Positions 13,998 through 28,353 of a stretch of DNA of 64,000 nucleotides are shown here, piece after piece. Numbering within the stretch: the stretch's first letter is position 1; each line of letters begins with the position of its first letter. The notes beneath the pieces were generated by a model. The model was not told where the DNA came from. It ran no database searches and saw only the letters and a list, made by a program, of their open reading frames with translations. The position numbers and the translations under genes were made by a program. Source of the DNA: Octopus sinensis (taxonomy: Eukaryota); assembly GCF_006345805.1 (NCBI RefSeq), contig NC_043016.1:19778001-19842000 (forward strand). Reading direction: 5' to 3'.

Positions 13998-14083
13998 ATG
14001 TCTGATTACCTCACCACCACTTGCTCTCGCACTAAACACTATGCCCAGACTGTTTGGAACTCATTCTTTAGTCATATTCATTT
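13998..14083 (+). CDS. Putative first coding exon of an unidentified gene (MSDYLTTTCSRTKHYAQTVWNSFFSHIH-L)
   Basis: ATG at 13998 has A at -3, with an in-frame upstream TAA (13959-61). Possible acceptor ttgtgcAG at 13929-30. Consensus donor TT|GTAAGT at 14084. Ends in phase 2, matching the exon at 24589. Confidence 0.55.
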
Positions 14084-14751
14084 GTAAGTGTTCAAGAGAA
14101 ACAGTAACAGCATCAGCTTGCTTGATATTGGTGGGCTCGCAAAGGTCAAGAGCTTAACCGTTTCTTCTAGACCCAGCTTGTAAAAAGAAAAAAAGAAAAA
14201 AGACATGTCCATGGCAGAATATGAAACTTTAATTTCTTGACAAATTGTGTTGTCTGACACCCTACCCACTTGAGCATCTGCGATCATCCCATTACTTTCT
14301 AAAAATTACGAAAATTGCAGAAACAAGACTATAAATAAATGGCAGTGATTTAAGACTTCCATTACTAGTGAGAAATTTGTGAACTAGAATTGTTTCCAAG
14401 TCTTTATCACTCAACATTGAATGTTAATTATAATTAACATTGTGGGTTAATTTCATGTTAATGGTAAATTTAGTTTCAGCTCTTTTCCTTCACTATTTAC
14501 AATTACGACTCTAATTTACAATGACAGCACTAATTTATTTTGAGTTGAGGCTGATTTCTTACATTGACACCAGGTTAATTGTTGCAGGGTTGCTTGTGTG
14601 TATAGAATAGCAGATTGAATCAACTGAGAATTGCCAGAATTGATCTAATAAACCATTGAAAGGAATGAAAGGAAGTTGATTCTAACTAAATACTGTGATG
14701 AATTCAATTTGGTGCTGAGTCATTTCTGTTAGCTTACTACCTTAGTGCTAA

Positions 14752-15097
14752 TCTCTCTATATACAAACGGCAAAATGTCTGTGTGTGTGTCCTTTATACA
14801 AATCCACAATTTTTCAGTTAGAGGGCTCGCACTTTCTATGGTCATTCAAAACCGTCCAAGGGTGGTCGTGCACATCTTTACATTTCCCCAGTCACCCTGC
14901 AAAGCCATTAAAAAATCAATAGAAGTGACTTTTTTGTGAATTTTCTATCCAAAACCCAATCAAAATGCCTGAAACTTGATACGCCAATTGAATGCCAGCT
15001 AGCTGTATGTGATTGGTCGGAGATTTGGACAGTACTCGCATGTATGTGAGCATGCATGCAGCTGTCTATGCATGCACTAGCCTGGTCATAGTGCTAG
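14752..15097 (+). mobile_element. Non-autonomous Helitron, family A copy 1
   Basis: A|TC start and CTAG|T end. Near-identical to 22470-22845 and 37363-37700. The 5' arm of the terminal hairpin is deleted. Confidence 0.75.
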
Positions 15098-16254
15098 TTT
15101 TTAATAACTGTTTAACTCTTTTGGTACCAGCTTGCCCAGAAATGCTTATGGTTCCATGAAACAAAAATTGTTTTAAAATGACCTGAATTAAAATCTTGCG
15201 TCAAAATTTCATGCCAATTTATATTCCAGACACTAGCTAGACAAAAGTGGTTATTTTACTAAATTCTGCATTGTTTTCTAAATCAGTCAAAACACTAGCG
15301 GTGTATTTCAACAGAAATATGATAACAAAATATGCAGAATCATTAGAACAACAGACAAAATTCCTGCAGTGTTTAGTTGCATCCTTTTTACTCTGAGTTC
15401 AAATTCTACTAAGGTCAGCTTTGCCTTTCATTCTTTTAGTGTTAGTAAAATAATGCAATAAAGTATTGGAATCTATTTAATATTCTTTTAAAGCATTGTA
15501 TGTATGAATGGAATTAAAATAGAAAACAGAGAATGCTGATAATGCAGATCACTTTTTATTTCCTTGTTATAACAGTTTCTGTCTCAAGGTCGAGTGTCTG
15601 TGTGAGAGAGAAAACAAAAGATTTATGTTCTTTAGTTATATTTATTTATCAACATTATTTATTTATTTTTTTTGTAATGTTTTCTTTGTTTGAAGCATTA
15701 TATCTTCTCTTAATCATTTATTTGTAGAAAATGATGAAGTGGATGTATGTATACATAATGTTAAATGTCTGTCTGAGATACACTGCTGTTTATGAGATTA
15801 TAAAATACTTTCCAGACTATTAACCTCCTCTTTAGAAATGCAAAAACCCTCTTCATATTTATGTCTATCTTCATTACAATTTTGATTCAGTTTACTCTTT
15901 GCCTTATTCCTCAATATTTACAGTTGTACCATTGAATTCAGTCAGGTACTATCTACACACCCAAGAATAAGATACCTTGTAATTATGAAAGATCAAACTG
16001 ATTGCGATGTGATATAAATATCTCTGTGTCAACCAGACTTGGTTGTTGTTGTACACTGCTTGTCACAGTGAGCTTCCTTGCATTGTTGTTGCTTTCAAAT
16101 GGTGCCACATCTTAGGCTAGGTGAACAGGCCAACATTAACTCTGGAACCGAGTGAAATCAAGTGTTTTTTGCTAAGAATACAATGACTGCTGGTGTGGGA
16201 ATTGAAATGACAATCTTGCAATCATAACCACTCCTAGGCCACAAGCCTCCATTC

Positions 16255-16762
16255 TAAATGTTATGTAACGTTTGTGTTTGAAAGTAGTGTTTTTCTTATT
16301 GCTGCCCTCCCGTGAAATCCGGCTTTGTGCAGCTCCCGGCAAACAGTTTTTGTGGAAACTGGGTTCTCAAGGTGGTCATTAAGCTTTGCAGTAATTTTGG
16401 GAGCTGTGCTTTTGTGATTCTTTCTAACAATTTGCATAAGAGTCCAACGGTCCCTATCTGAAAGTTTTGGCTTTCTTCTAGAGTTTTGTTTCAACTAGGA
16501 GGTTTTTTCCTTCTTTCTCAAAGGCTGTCATTACTTTCAAGACAGTACTTCTTGATAAAACCCAACATTTCAGCTGTTTTCATAATGCTAGCACTTGCCA
16601 TATGAACACCAACAATTTGACCTTCTTGAAAGTTCGATAGATCAGTCATTTTAATTAATTTTAATTACCTTTTTCTGATGATATCTTAAAAGAAACAGCA
16701 ATTTTAGCAAAACATATTAAGCAACACTAATAATAAATAAAGAAAAACATAAAAACTGTTAT
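16255..16762 (-). pseudogene. 5' fragment of a Tc1 transposon, same family as 32661-33901
   Basis: ORF RKPKLSDRDRWTLMQIVRKNH...VSTKTVCRELHKAGFHGRAAIRK. Upstream sequence matches 32740-32830. Confidence 0.8.
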
Positions 16763-16891
16763 CATCTTCTTCCACCAATCCTGGGAAATTGACAAAACTT
16801 CATTTTTTTTTTCTTTTAGTAAACTCACTATTATCCACACATGTGCATTTTTTTTATGTATGAAATCCATCTTATTAACCTGAACCTTTTG

Positions 16892-17288
16892 TTACTCTTT
16901 TACTGGTTTCAGTCATTTTCTGTGGCCATACTGGAACACCGCCTTTAGTCGAGCATGTCAACCCTAGGACTTATTCTTTGTAAGCCTAGTACTTATTCTA
17001 TCGGTGTCTTTTGCCGAACCGCTAAGTTACAGGGACGTAAACAAACCAGCATCGGTTGTCAAGCGATGTTGGGGAGACAGAAACACACACACACAAACAC
17101 ACATACATACATACATACATATATACAACTGGTTTCTTTCAGTTTCCGTCTACCAAATCCACTCACAAGGCTTTAGTCAGCCGGAGGCTATAGTAGAAGA
17201 CATTTGCCCAAGGTGCCATGCAATGGGACTGAACCCAGAACCATGTGGTTGGTAAGCAAGCTACTTACCACATAGCCACTTCTACACC
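16892..17288 (-). mobile_element. OR-type SINE
   Basis: Same family. Confidence 0.85.
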
Positions 17289-20247
17289 TTTAAGCAAACA
17301 AATCCTCGGGTCAATTTGTGTACATAATTTTCTTTAAGTTCACAGTAAAATGTTACTATCTACTCCTTTTTTGCAGTCAAGCTTGGCTAATTCCCAGCTG
17401 ATAGTAGCTTTCTGTGTCTTTCTCAGAAAACTAAAATTCTCACTGTTGCTGAATTGACTTTTAGACCTCAAAATTCTGGGCTCTACTTCCTCCTCATGAA
17501 GCTTTTCCCTTATTCATTGACTGTGAGAATTTGATTTCTATTATATATAAGCATTCACAAATGCAGTCTTTTTATTAACACACACACACACACACACAAT
17601 GTTTGAATCTTAAATGAGCAAAACAATAATTTATATTTAATCATTGTTAGTGTTCTCTTTAAAAACAAGACAAAGAACGAAGTGGTACTTACAGTATGTA
17701 TTCACATTTGATATTTATGGTCAAAGGCATTCCAGCCATGACTATCCCAAACTTTTCAGACATAGTTAACCTCAAACTACATTATTCAAAATGCCCTTCC
17801 CTTTTCTCTTAAAGAAGACAGTAACATATAGTATAAGAAAAGTGTGGTTGCTATTTCTAGCATTTCATGTAATTATGTCAGGGCTCTTTCTTGTGATGGT
17901 AAATGCGAAATACAAGAATATAGATTATTTGCAGTATTTTTAATTTTTATTTAGAATGTGTGAAACTCTGTTTATGTCTGTGTGTGTGTGTTTAAGTCTG
18001 TGAGTATGTTTATGTCTCTATGAGTGTGTGTATGTGTCTTTGTGAGAGCGTGTATCTGTCTGTGAAAGTGTGTGTCTGAGTGTGTGTATGTCTTGGAGTG
18101 TGTATGTCAGTGTGTGTGTGTGTCTGTCTGTCTGAATGTGTGTATGTGTGTCTGTCTTTTTGAGTGTCTGTGTGTGCATGTATCTCTGAATGTATGTGTG
18201 TGTGTGTGTCTCTTTAAATGAGTGTGTGTGTATTTACATGGCTGGATCAGTGTTTATTTATATGAAGAGAAGCTTGTCAGAACAGAGCTAGTTTGAAACT
18301 TTGCATTTTCTGGCAATTGTCACAAGATGTAGACTGTAATGCTAACTTCCAAAATTACAGACAGCAAATCAAATAATTCAACATTTTTAGATAAATATTC
18401 CAAGTGGATCTACTTCAACTGAAAAGGACCTGGGATCAAGTTAGATTCAAGTCAAGAAGCCTGATGGATTATTGTTATTATTTTCTCGAGGTTTAAATTT
18501 CTGTTTTTGTTGGCCTTTTAGAGGAGAAGCATCAGTGTTTGTGGCCTTTACAGGCCCTCTTTGAATGAGATCATCATCATCATCATTGTTTAATGTCCTC
18601 CTCCCATGCTGGCATGTGTTGGATGGTTTGACAGGAGCTGGCCAGGCAGAGGCTTGCACCATACTTCTGTGTCTGTTTTGGCATGGTTTTTATGGCTGGC
18701 TGCCCTTCCTAACACCAACCACTTTACAGAGAGAGTGTACTGTGTGCTTTTTACATGGCACCAGCACAGGCAAGGTCAGTTTTGGCATGGTTTTTATAAC
18801 TGGATGCCCTTCCAACTGCCAACCTCTTAGCAGTTTGGACTGGATGCTTTTTACGTGGTACCAGCACTGGCAGGGTCAACAAGTTACTTTGCAAGACAAA
18901 GAATCTTTGAGAGGGAGTCTTGTGTCAGATGATGAAAGGTTAGAGTGTAACAGAGAGACAAAGGCAGAAACAGGTATCTTGCTATAGAGGAAGTACATGG
19001 TTACCCAGCTAGAGGGAGAGGGAAATATCTTTGCATATTTCCAGGGTTCCATTTCACAAAGTTGACCAAGAAACTGTAATGTGTACTAATATTTTTTAAG
19101 ATGATAGGATGTCACATGGGGGAAATATGACTACTATTTCTAACAAATGAAGCAACCACATAGAACAGGGATAGGAAACCTACCCTGTCTCAGGTAAAAT
19201 TTTGCCCTGATTCAAATTTAAAACTTCTGCAATTTAATAGAAGTTGTACACATTATCAATTTGTAAAATTGAGGATCTAGGCACAAAATGTGTTAATAAG
19301 GTTTCTGACCTCTAACATAAAGGATTTTTTTCATGTCTTGTGGTAGCATTATTTTCTTAAGCCAATCTCTTAAGCCAGTTTTGATCTAGTAGACTCAGTG
19401 TTCAAGCTTATGCCATAAGAAATTGGATTGTATATTAAATGAGATCCCTAAATATTTTTCATTAGAGTGAAAAGGAAAAATTTTCTAAAAGGTATTATAT
19501 TTAAGTTGGGAGATTTATTTTATTTTACCTTATTTCATTACATTTATTTTTTTCTGAAGAAAATATCCAATTTTCCATGCTACCATGGGTGGGATAGGAA
19601 TCTTTTTACTGCTTTTTGCTGTTGTTTGTGTTGTTAGAGTAATTGTTTTTACAGCTGTTTTGCTTATTCTGATGTAAAGTAAGAAAGGAGTCTGTTTTGT
19701 CAGTTAAATTTCCAACCAAGATATGCATAGTTATGTACCTTACTCACTTATAGAACATTGGCTGTAGCAAAAGTTTCAAATTTTAATCATGAAGTGTCCA
19801 GTAGTCTCAATTTCCCACGTATTCAGTACTCAGTCTCTCCTCACAACCATTTGGTTCTCATTTTTCTGCTTTATCCAACTAAAGCTACTAGAGATAAAAA
19901 ATTCACTTTAACCTTTCAGTTTAAACTTTTAATTACAAGTGTAGCATAGTTGCAGGCGCGGCTGTTTTGGTTCTGGGTTTAGTTCCACTGTGTGGCACTT
20001 TGGGCAAGTTGTGGATCAATTTGGCTGATGGAAACTGAAATGAAGCCTGTCATGATCTGTTGATTAATCAACACGTCACTGCTTGCATGTTAAGCCAGAT
20101 GAGTTGTGAGTCACATAACATTATGTAATTTTATGGATGTTGTGCATACTGCATACCTCACTATACTATGTTTATGTCGCAATAAAGACTCTTAACAATA
20201 CAATTGTAGCAATATCAGATGACTCATTTATCTGCTTTTATTTTATA

Positions 20248-20761
20248 CTAGCAGTATCACCCGGCGTTGCTCGGGTTTGTAAGGGAAATAACTATATAAG
20301 CATTTTTAGAGAGTTACTTCCCTTATAGATGCCAATTCGGGCTTTCTTAGCCATTTCTGTTTTGGTGTCTTCAAGCCATGAAGTCGTTGTTCTAAAAGAA
20401 CGCTGGTCTCCTTGACAACGCTTTACGACGTTGATTTCCTTACACTCCCTTCCCCACAGCTTCACGAGGGAGGGAAGAAGGGGGAGAAGCAAACACAGGT
20501 GCAGGTGTTTGAGCGTGGACGCCAACTCCACCGCCATCGACACACGAAAAATTATGCATTAAAATGGAATAAAAAAATGATGTTAAATTATTTTTAAAAT
20601 CGTAGACGCGCGCTAATAGCCAGACGGGCTCGATATGAATGACGACTATAAGATACCGACTATAAGGTTTTGGTTAAACTACACCGCAAAATGTGGGAGT
20701 AGTTAGGAATCTAAATCGAAGGAGACAGACACTCACACAACTACAGTTTTATATATATAGA
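20248..20761 (-). mobile_element. Non-autonomous Helitron, family B
   Basis: Minus strand A|TCTATATATATAAAAC start, GC-rich subterminal hairpin cccgagcaacgccggg, CTAG|T end. CpG-rich. Confidence 0.85.
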
Positions 20762-21102
20762 TTAGCTTAAAAGCTGCACTCCTTGCAGACATTTACGCTA
20801 GCTCCTGCCTGGAGGATGAGTGTGTGTCTGTAGGGGGCTGCAGACCAAAACTAAGGACAGTGATGATAATAAAGCATTTATCAGTACCATACCAATATGG
20901 TATTACTTTAAATTCAATTTAAATGAAAATTTTAAGTTCACAAATTTTTGGAGTTCTTTCAAAATTTGAATAAAAGATATATACATACATACGTGCAGAT
21001 CATCATTTAACATATGTTGTCCATACTGGCATGGGTTGGACAGTTTGACCAGGCTGCACCAGATTCCAGTCTGATTTGGCATGGTTTTTCACTTATTTCT
21101 TA

Positions 21103-21197
21103 TTTTTATTTTCCTAAAATTTTCATTGCATCTTGCAACCTTTTCAATAGTCTTGAAAAGGTTGCAAGACGCAATGAAAATTTTAGGAAAATAAAAA
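21103..21197. repeat. 95-bp hairpin
   Basis: 45-bp arms with one mismatch, loop TAGTC. Confidence 0.9.
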
Positions 21198-22151
21198 AGC
21201 AGTGGAAATTTTACCGGTGAGTGTGTTAAATAATAAGGCACAAAAAGAAAATGACTCTCCCCAGACACAGCAGAATATGCTTCAACACACAAACTCATAA
21301 AGAATCTCGCAAACCAAATCCAATAACGAAATGTAGTAAAGTATCTTTGTCATTATTAAGTTGGTGTATGGAACATAGATTATCAGAAGATTTTTAAAAT
21401 TTTACATGAAATTTTGAGATCATTTTAAAACAGAAGTTTGTATAATAGAAGCAGCGATAGTCTTGTTGAAGGGTTGTTATCAAAAGGGTTAAGTCAAAGA
21501 AAATCACAATTAAGTATAAACTTGAGAAGAGCATGCTTTGCAAAATTAAGAAGCTGTGGTGTTTGATCAGTCTTGATATCTGATAACTTCAACCCTGCTG
21601 CCAAGTATTCAAATTCTCTTCATACTTGAGTGTATGTATGGAGAGAGGGAGAAAGAGAGAGCGGATGAGTGTTTACTAGATCAAATGAATGGAAAGGTTA
21701 ATGAAAGTAATTAGATACTACTTACATAACATGTAAGCAAGAAGTGTATCAGAAATAAGATTATAACCAGATGAATTTACAGGAAACGTGCTTTGCACCT
21801 AAGTGAAGTATTCGCCACCCCTCTATCGGCCACATAGAAGGAAATAACATGGTACCTCATTAATCAAAATTATGCTGAAAGACAAAAACAAGACATCGTG
21901 AAATTGAAATGAAACATTAAACACCTCTTCAAAATAACAGAGTCATTAAGATAGTAAAATTATTTTATCTTATATGAAATGAATGAATGAAGATATTTCA
22001 AAGAATCTTTTTAAAGATTTGAAATATTTGGAGATGGGTATATATATATACAATGTAAGGATTTTTCTAGATGAACCTGAGAAGCTTATTACAAGATATG
22101 AAGCCATAGAGTTGTAGAATGCATCTTAGACCACCCCAATAGCCTTTACAT

Positions 22152-22378
22152 CAGTGACCCTCAACCAGGGTCCGTACAAGGTTTTATTGTTTAAATTTAT
22201 GTGCAGTTAATTGATTCCACTTTTACAATACCAAAAAATATAAAAAATTTTTTATACAGTTTCTTTTAAGTATAAAAATATAATATTTTTTAAATGTCAA
22301 ATGGCTAAGAGGATCCACCTGAGTAAAATAGGAATCAAAAAAGACCACAGGTAAAAAAGAAATGGTTGAGAACCACTG
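22152..22378. mobile_element. hAT-type MITE
   Basis: TIRs cagtgaccctcaacc and ggttgagaaccactg, with a perfect 8-bp TSD CTTTACAT. Confidence 0.85.
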
Positions 22379-22469
22379 CTTTACATGATTACTCAAATTG
22401 CTAGAAATAGTAGTCAAATTTTTCTGTTGACTTAAAAAAAAAAAAGGAAGAACACATCAGATAATATAA

Positions 22470-22845
22470 TCTATATACATATGTATAAACGGCAAAATGT
22501 CTGTGTGTGTGTGTGTGCGTGTCCTTTATACAAATCCACAATTTTTCAGTTAGAGGGCTTGCACTTTCTATGGTCATTCAAAACCGTCCAAGGGTGGTCA
22601 TGCACATCTTTACATTTCCCCAGTCACCCCGCAAAGCCATTAAAAATCAATAGAAGTGACTTTTTTGTGAATTTTCTATCCAAAACCCAATCAAAATGCC
22701 CGAACCTTGATACGCCAATTGAATGCCAGCTAACTGTATGTGATTGGTCGGATATTTGGACAGTACTCGCGTGTATGTCGCATGCACGCAGCTGTATATG
22801 CATGCACTAGCACTATGACCCAGCATTGCCTGGTCATAGTGCTAG
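22470..22845 (+). mobile_element. Non-autonomous Helitron, family A copy 2 (complete end)
   Basis: A|TCTATATA start, terminal hairpin ctagcactatgacc/ggtcatagtgctag, CTAG|T end. Confidence 0.8.
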
Positions 22846-23709
22846 TCCTACATATACTATATCTGAATAAAGGATGAAATAATCACATGTTGGATTGCTT
22901 TGATCAGGTCTGCTTGGAAACTAAACAAACAACGGATATCAACAAGCTAAGTTTTTGTATCAAGACTGAGACATTTGCTCTGAAGCAGATGTGTGATTGT
23001 AATTAATATATGATGTTATATTTTGAGTGAGCTGATGTTAGTTGTGCTTACAGGAAGTAGAGGTAGTCTAAACAAAGCTTATATTATGTTAGCAGAAAAC
23101 ACAAGAGAATCCTTACACTGATTGGAAAAGGTTAGAGACATGCAGGCCTATTTAATATCCAATCCATATGAAAAAAATTAAAGAGGTTGCCGATAACACC
23201 GATGATGTTATCGTATTGTCATTGATCAGCTCCAATCGAAAAAACTTATTGTATGCTAGAAGTTGATGGAATGACAAGGTGCAGCTCAAAATCTGTTTTA
23301 CCACTTACAGCAGGTTTCTCACCAAAGCTGAGAACTATATTACATACTCCCAATATACAAAAACAAGTTGTGTTGGTGCTGCAGTAGTGATGATGAAGAT
23401 ATTAACAGTTACAGTGGTACACGTGTGAGAGGAATGCAGTTCTAAGAAAGAATTTGACAATCTGTTCAGTAAATGAGAAATGCTTTCAGTGTATCAAAGA
23501 AGAGAGTTAGAAGCCCATGTACACTGTTTAAGGTGAGGTGACATTAGACGAGCAAGTTTCATAAAAGCAGAAACCACTTAAACTAATTTCTGTAATTCAA
23601 TAATGCATTAATTAAGTACCAGCTTATGAGGCAATTGCTCAGAGAGAGAAAGAGAGAGAGGGAGTTATGTCATCAACTTACAAATGTTTCTAATTTTTAT
23701 AGACAATAT

Positions 23710-24112
23710 AGGCGCAGGAGTGGCTGTGTGGTAAGTAGCTTGCTAACCAACCACATGGTTCCGGGTTCAGTCCCACTGTGTGGCATCTTGGGCAAGTATC
23801 TTCTGCTATAGCCCCGGGCCGACCAATGCCTTGTGAGTGGATTTGGTAGACGGAAACTGAAAGAAGCCTGTCGTATATATGTATATATATGTGTGTGTGT
23901 GTATGTGTTTGTGTGTCTGTGTTTGTCCCCCTAGCATTGCTTGACAACCGATGCTGGTGTGTTTACGTCCCCGTCACTTAGCGGTTCGGCAAAAGAGACC
24001 GATAGAATAAGTACTGGGCTTACAAAGAATAAGTGCTGGGGTCGATTTGCTTGACTAAAAGGCGGTGCTCCAGCATGGCCACAGTCAAATGACTGAAACA
24101 AGTAAAAAGAGT
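23710..24112 (+). mobile_element. OR-type SINE, full length
   Basis: Runs from ggcgcaggagtggctgtgtgg to caagtaaaaagag. Confidence 0.9.
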
Positions 24113-24588
24113 ATATACCAAGATGTGTTGAAACATCACCTCACATTACTAATTTATGAAATCATACTGATATTTTTATGAATTCTTCCAAATCTCAATT
24201 ATTTTGAAAACCAGGTAACAAAATATCAAAGTTTTGGAAAGTATAATTATTGAATTTTTCCATTTATTATTACTAATAAATTCTTTAAGGTGGAGGGTTG
24301 GCAGAACCATTAGCATACCAGATAAAATGGTTAGTGGCATTTCTTCTGTTTTACGTTCTGCATTCAGATTCCAATGAAGCTAACTTTACCTTTCATTTTT
24401 TGGGACCGATGAAATAAGTACCAGTCAAGCACTGGGATCAAGGTTTTTAACTTACCCACTCCCTCAAAATTGCTGGCCTTGTGCCAATATTTGAAACCAT
24501 TGTTAATAATTTATTTTTTTAATGAGCTTTTGGCTAAAAACTTTCCTTTGTCTCAAGACTTATTTTTTCGTTTTAATTTATATAACAG

Positions 24589-24878
24589 GTATCCGCGTGA
24601 CACCTATGCATCTTACAGAAGCAAGCAGTCACACCGTTCCGTGGGTGTTTATAAGCGGTCAAAATCAACACTTGATAACAGCCTACTTACTGATCAAGAT
24701 GATGATGAGAAAATCAGGAATAACAATGCATTTGCATGGAAAAGTGAAGACAATTTGGGACATGTTGGCTTTCAATCACGAGCCTCATCTGAGCAATGCC
24801 TTGCAGGAATTGATCAAGTATCTGATCAGCTCTACTTACATCTATCATCATCAACTGTATCTCTTCCTACTGATGCTG
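24589..24878 (+). CDS. Internal coding exon, Ser/Asp/Arg-rich disordered segment (YPRDTYASYRSKQ...SLPTDA)
   Basis: Pyrimidine-rich acceptor ...tataacAG and donor CTG|GTAAGG. 290 nt of unique, non-repetitive, stop-free sequence. Phase 2 in and phase 1 out, which fits both neighbouring exons. Confidence 0.75.
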
Positions 24879-27048
24879 GTAAGGTTTTATATGTACTTTA
24901 ATTGCTTTAAAATTTACCATTCCTAAAAAGAATTATTACAAATTCTTGAAATTTCTAAATTCTAATGACATCAACAGTATAATCATATTTATGTACATTT
25001 ATTCTCAATCTCTATTTATTGGAGTTTGTTTTTGTTTTTCTTTTTTTTTTGTCACTCATTAAAGAAAATAAATTGACCTACAAATATTTCAATGAAACAG
25101 CAGAATCTGAGGAAACTAATAGTGACCTCCATCAACAAAATTGTAAATATATATAAAATTAACAAAGGGAAATAAATTAATCTATTTCAACCAGGACTCT
25201 TTATTGTGGAGATAGCTAACAACAAAGGATCTTACTCAAAACATTACAAATCCCTTGTTCTCTGTAGTAAAATATCACCTGAATATACACCAGCTAGTAT
25301 ACTGATTAAAGCATATCCACTGTCTGTAACTACCTGATGTCATCAATAGTATGGATATAAATGCCACTAGATTTACTTCAGGAATTCCTCCGTATCCGTT
25401 GAATATATAACAAATGAGAGAAAAAGAAAATAGAAGTCATGAGATTCTTTATTAGTCACAACGATCGTTCCGACCCATCTTGCATCAGTCTCTTGCAGGT
25501 GAGATTCTAGACAATTGGTTGTGATGCATCCTTTGGTGCAGATGTGTCTTGTCAGGTGACTTTTCAAAAGGGCCCTCAATCAATAAACTCAGTTTAGCTT
25601 GGTTCAGTTATAATGCATTTCATTATTTGTGTGTAACTGGTTGCATACAGAGTTTTGTGGTTTGAAATAACATGGAATGCACACATGCACACACATAACA
25701 GCCTTTCAGTTTCTCTCTACCAAATCCTATCACAAGGCTTTTGTTGGCCCAAGATTATATTAGAAGGCACTTGTTCAAGGTGCTATGCAGTTGGGCTGAA
25801 CCCAAAACCAAGTGGTTGGAAAGCAGTGCCTACTTGTCAAAGAATAATGTTTTATGGTATATTGGATAAAGAACACTAAAAATTCTCCTTCAGATACAAG
25901 AACAACTTTCTGTTTATCAATTTGTTTTGCAAGATTCTTGATGTGAAATCGTGTGTTGAAACAGATATTGTTGTATTTTTGGATGGTCATTCCTTTTTTT
26001 GTTTTGTTTTTTTGTGGTAAATAAACACACACACTATATATTTTTTCTTCACTCATTTATTACAGTTCTTATTTTATTAATTTTAATTCATGTCCATTGT
26101 CCGGAAATCTTTCGTCACACTAAAAACAGCAATAAACGAATGAAGAAAAAATAGTGCGTGTGTTTATTTGGCACACACTGAAAAAAAAATGACCGTCCCA
26201 AAATACAACTTTCTGTTGTTTCTTCAAAAATATCATGTTGGTATGTGTGTCCATGCTAATCTCTACTAATGTAAAACACCAAATGCCAACTTGATCAATC
26301 AATAAATATAGATTGGTCAGATAAGTCCTAGATTACAATATAAATGTGTCAAGAGGATCAACTAAAACTGAAAGCTGTGCTCCAGTATGACTGCAATCAT
26401 GTGATGAAAACCCAATAAATCCCTATAGATGCTATAATTATTTGAAGTAATCATCATTTAGTATGCCATAATCATCAAGGGCTGCTGACAAATAAGACTT
26501 TCAGCTGTGCAGTAAACCCAGTTCGTTTTCAGCTAATTAGACATTGAAATCAATATGTTGTGTGCCTTCACCCATGAAATACAAGGGATATATAAACTGC
26601 TCAACAATTTCAATGTAGTGTGACCCAGACAAATCAAACATAACCTGCTGACATAACCTAAAAAGGCAAAAGTATTGATTTTTACTGATATGGCTAGTTT
26701 TCTTTTTCCTTCCTTTTCATTTTTCCTAGGAATCGAAATTGTTAATTTCAGTAAGAACAGCATTAACTGCTGACTTCTTTTATATGGTATTGCTACACTT
26801 TCCGGACCTAAACTAATGAAGTTTTCAATGGTTTAATGTCATATATTTAAGTAGGTTAAGCAATTGTATGTATTTCTATAATGCATGTGCAGGTGCATAG
26901 GTTTGCATATACAATTGCATATACAATTTCTTAAAGTTTTAAGCATACAGTTTATATTCATTTAAAAGAAGAAAAGAAAATGGAGTTTAGGAAGTTTATA
27001 ATAAACAATTATTAACTTCCTAATCTCCATTTTCTTTTCTTCTTATAT

Positions 27049-27087
<39 letters not shown>

Positions 27088-28353
27088 CATACATACACAA
27101 AGGAATAGATGTTATGAATTTCATTAGCTTACTTCTGTGTCTGCTATAAGATGCACAAGCAATCATAATTGAGTGAGTTGCTATGGGGTGATACACAAGC
27201 TCTCAACTATGAGTGCATTGCATCTAATAGCAGAAACAGTTGTAAGCCAATGAAGTCCATTACTTAACCATTGTTTGTTACTTTGTCATCCCAGTTTCTT
27301 ATCACTGCTCTGTACTCAAGTGACACTTCATTCTGAAGTATGTGTATATTGAGCTCTAACACCAGGTTATTAGTATCAGAATGTCTAAGCTATATATATA
27401 TATGTGTGTGTGTTATATATATATATATATATATATATGTTAACATATATATATGTGTGTGTGTGTTATCAAGTTAGAAAACAGAGAGTTCTAATGGATA
27501 CAGATTAATTTATTAATTCATTAGCATTTTCACCTACAACTGTTTCATTTCACAAATAAAATTACTAAACGTGCATAAATATATAATTCTACATTTTAAA
27601 TACCTTGTATGGAAAAAAATCATCCTCGCATTGTCCTTTGTACATCCTGATGGTTCTCCATATAAGGTATTTAAAATGCAAAATTATATATTTATATGTG
27701 TTTAATTTTAATTTTGTTTGTGAAATGAAACAATTGTAGGTGAATATGTTAATTAATTAATTTCTCTCTGTTTGATATTTTACGATATTTTATATAATAT
27801 ATTAAACCAGTGTATCTTGGATAAAAATATCCCTATTAGAGGTCTAACTATCCTCATTGTGACTAATATAAATATGTATATATATATATTTATATATATA
27901 TATAAATATATGGGTGGCATGTAAAAAGCACCCACTACACTCACGGAGTGGTTGGCGTTAGGAAGGGCATCCAGCCGTAGAAACACTGCCAGATTTGACT
28001 GGGCCTGATGAAGCCTTCTGGCTTCACAGACCCCAGTAGAACCGTCCAACTCATGCTAGCATGGAAAACGGACGCTAAGCGATGATGATATATATTGTGT
28101 GTAAAATGACTTATCAGGTTTTTAATATAGTAATATATCTTGATGTCTCTTTGTGACATTTACATATACAATACAATAAATAACCTCACATAACATAGCA
28201 TGTTGTCAACTTAATGTGACAGTCCCATAAAAGGGAAGAATGCTACTGTTATTTAGCCCTAGGAAACACCGTATCCTGTTGTACTTGACACATTTCCTGT
28301 ATCTTTACGTTTTCAAAGTGGAGACAAGCACCTCCACCCAGCAAAGCCAGCTC

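Noticed and set aside
14078-14287. 69-aa minus-strand ORF with a T-rich tract
   Set aside because: No recognisable motif. It overlaps the donor of the better-supported + strand exon.
16675-16700. CTGATGA...GAAAC inside the Tc1 fragment
   Set aside because: No stem II or stem I complementarity, so a chance match.
24522-24926. Treating the GIRVTPMH frame as the main reading frame of the exon
   Set aside because: It exits in phase 0 and stops 22 codons into the next exon, whereas the YPRD frame continues. It is kept only as a candidate overlapping ORF.
25456-25498. Possible micro-exon ending CAG|GTGAGA
   Set aside because: The acceptor is weak, and 43 nt would shift the frame between the flanking exons.
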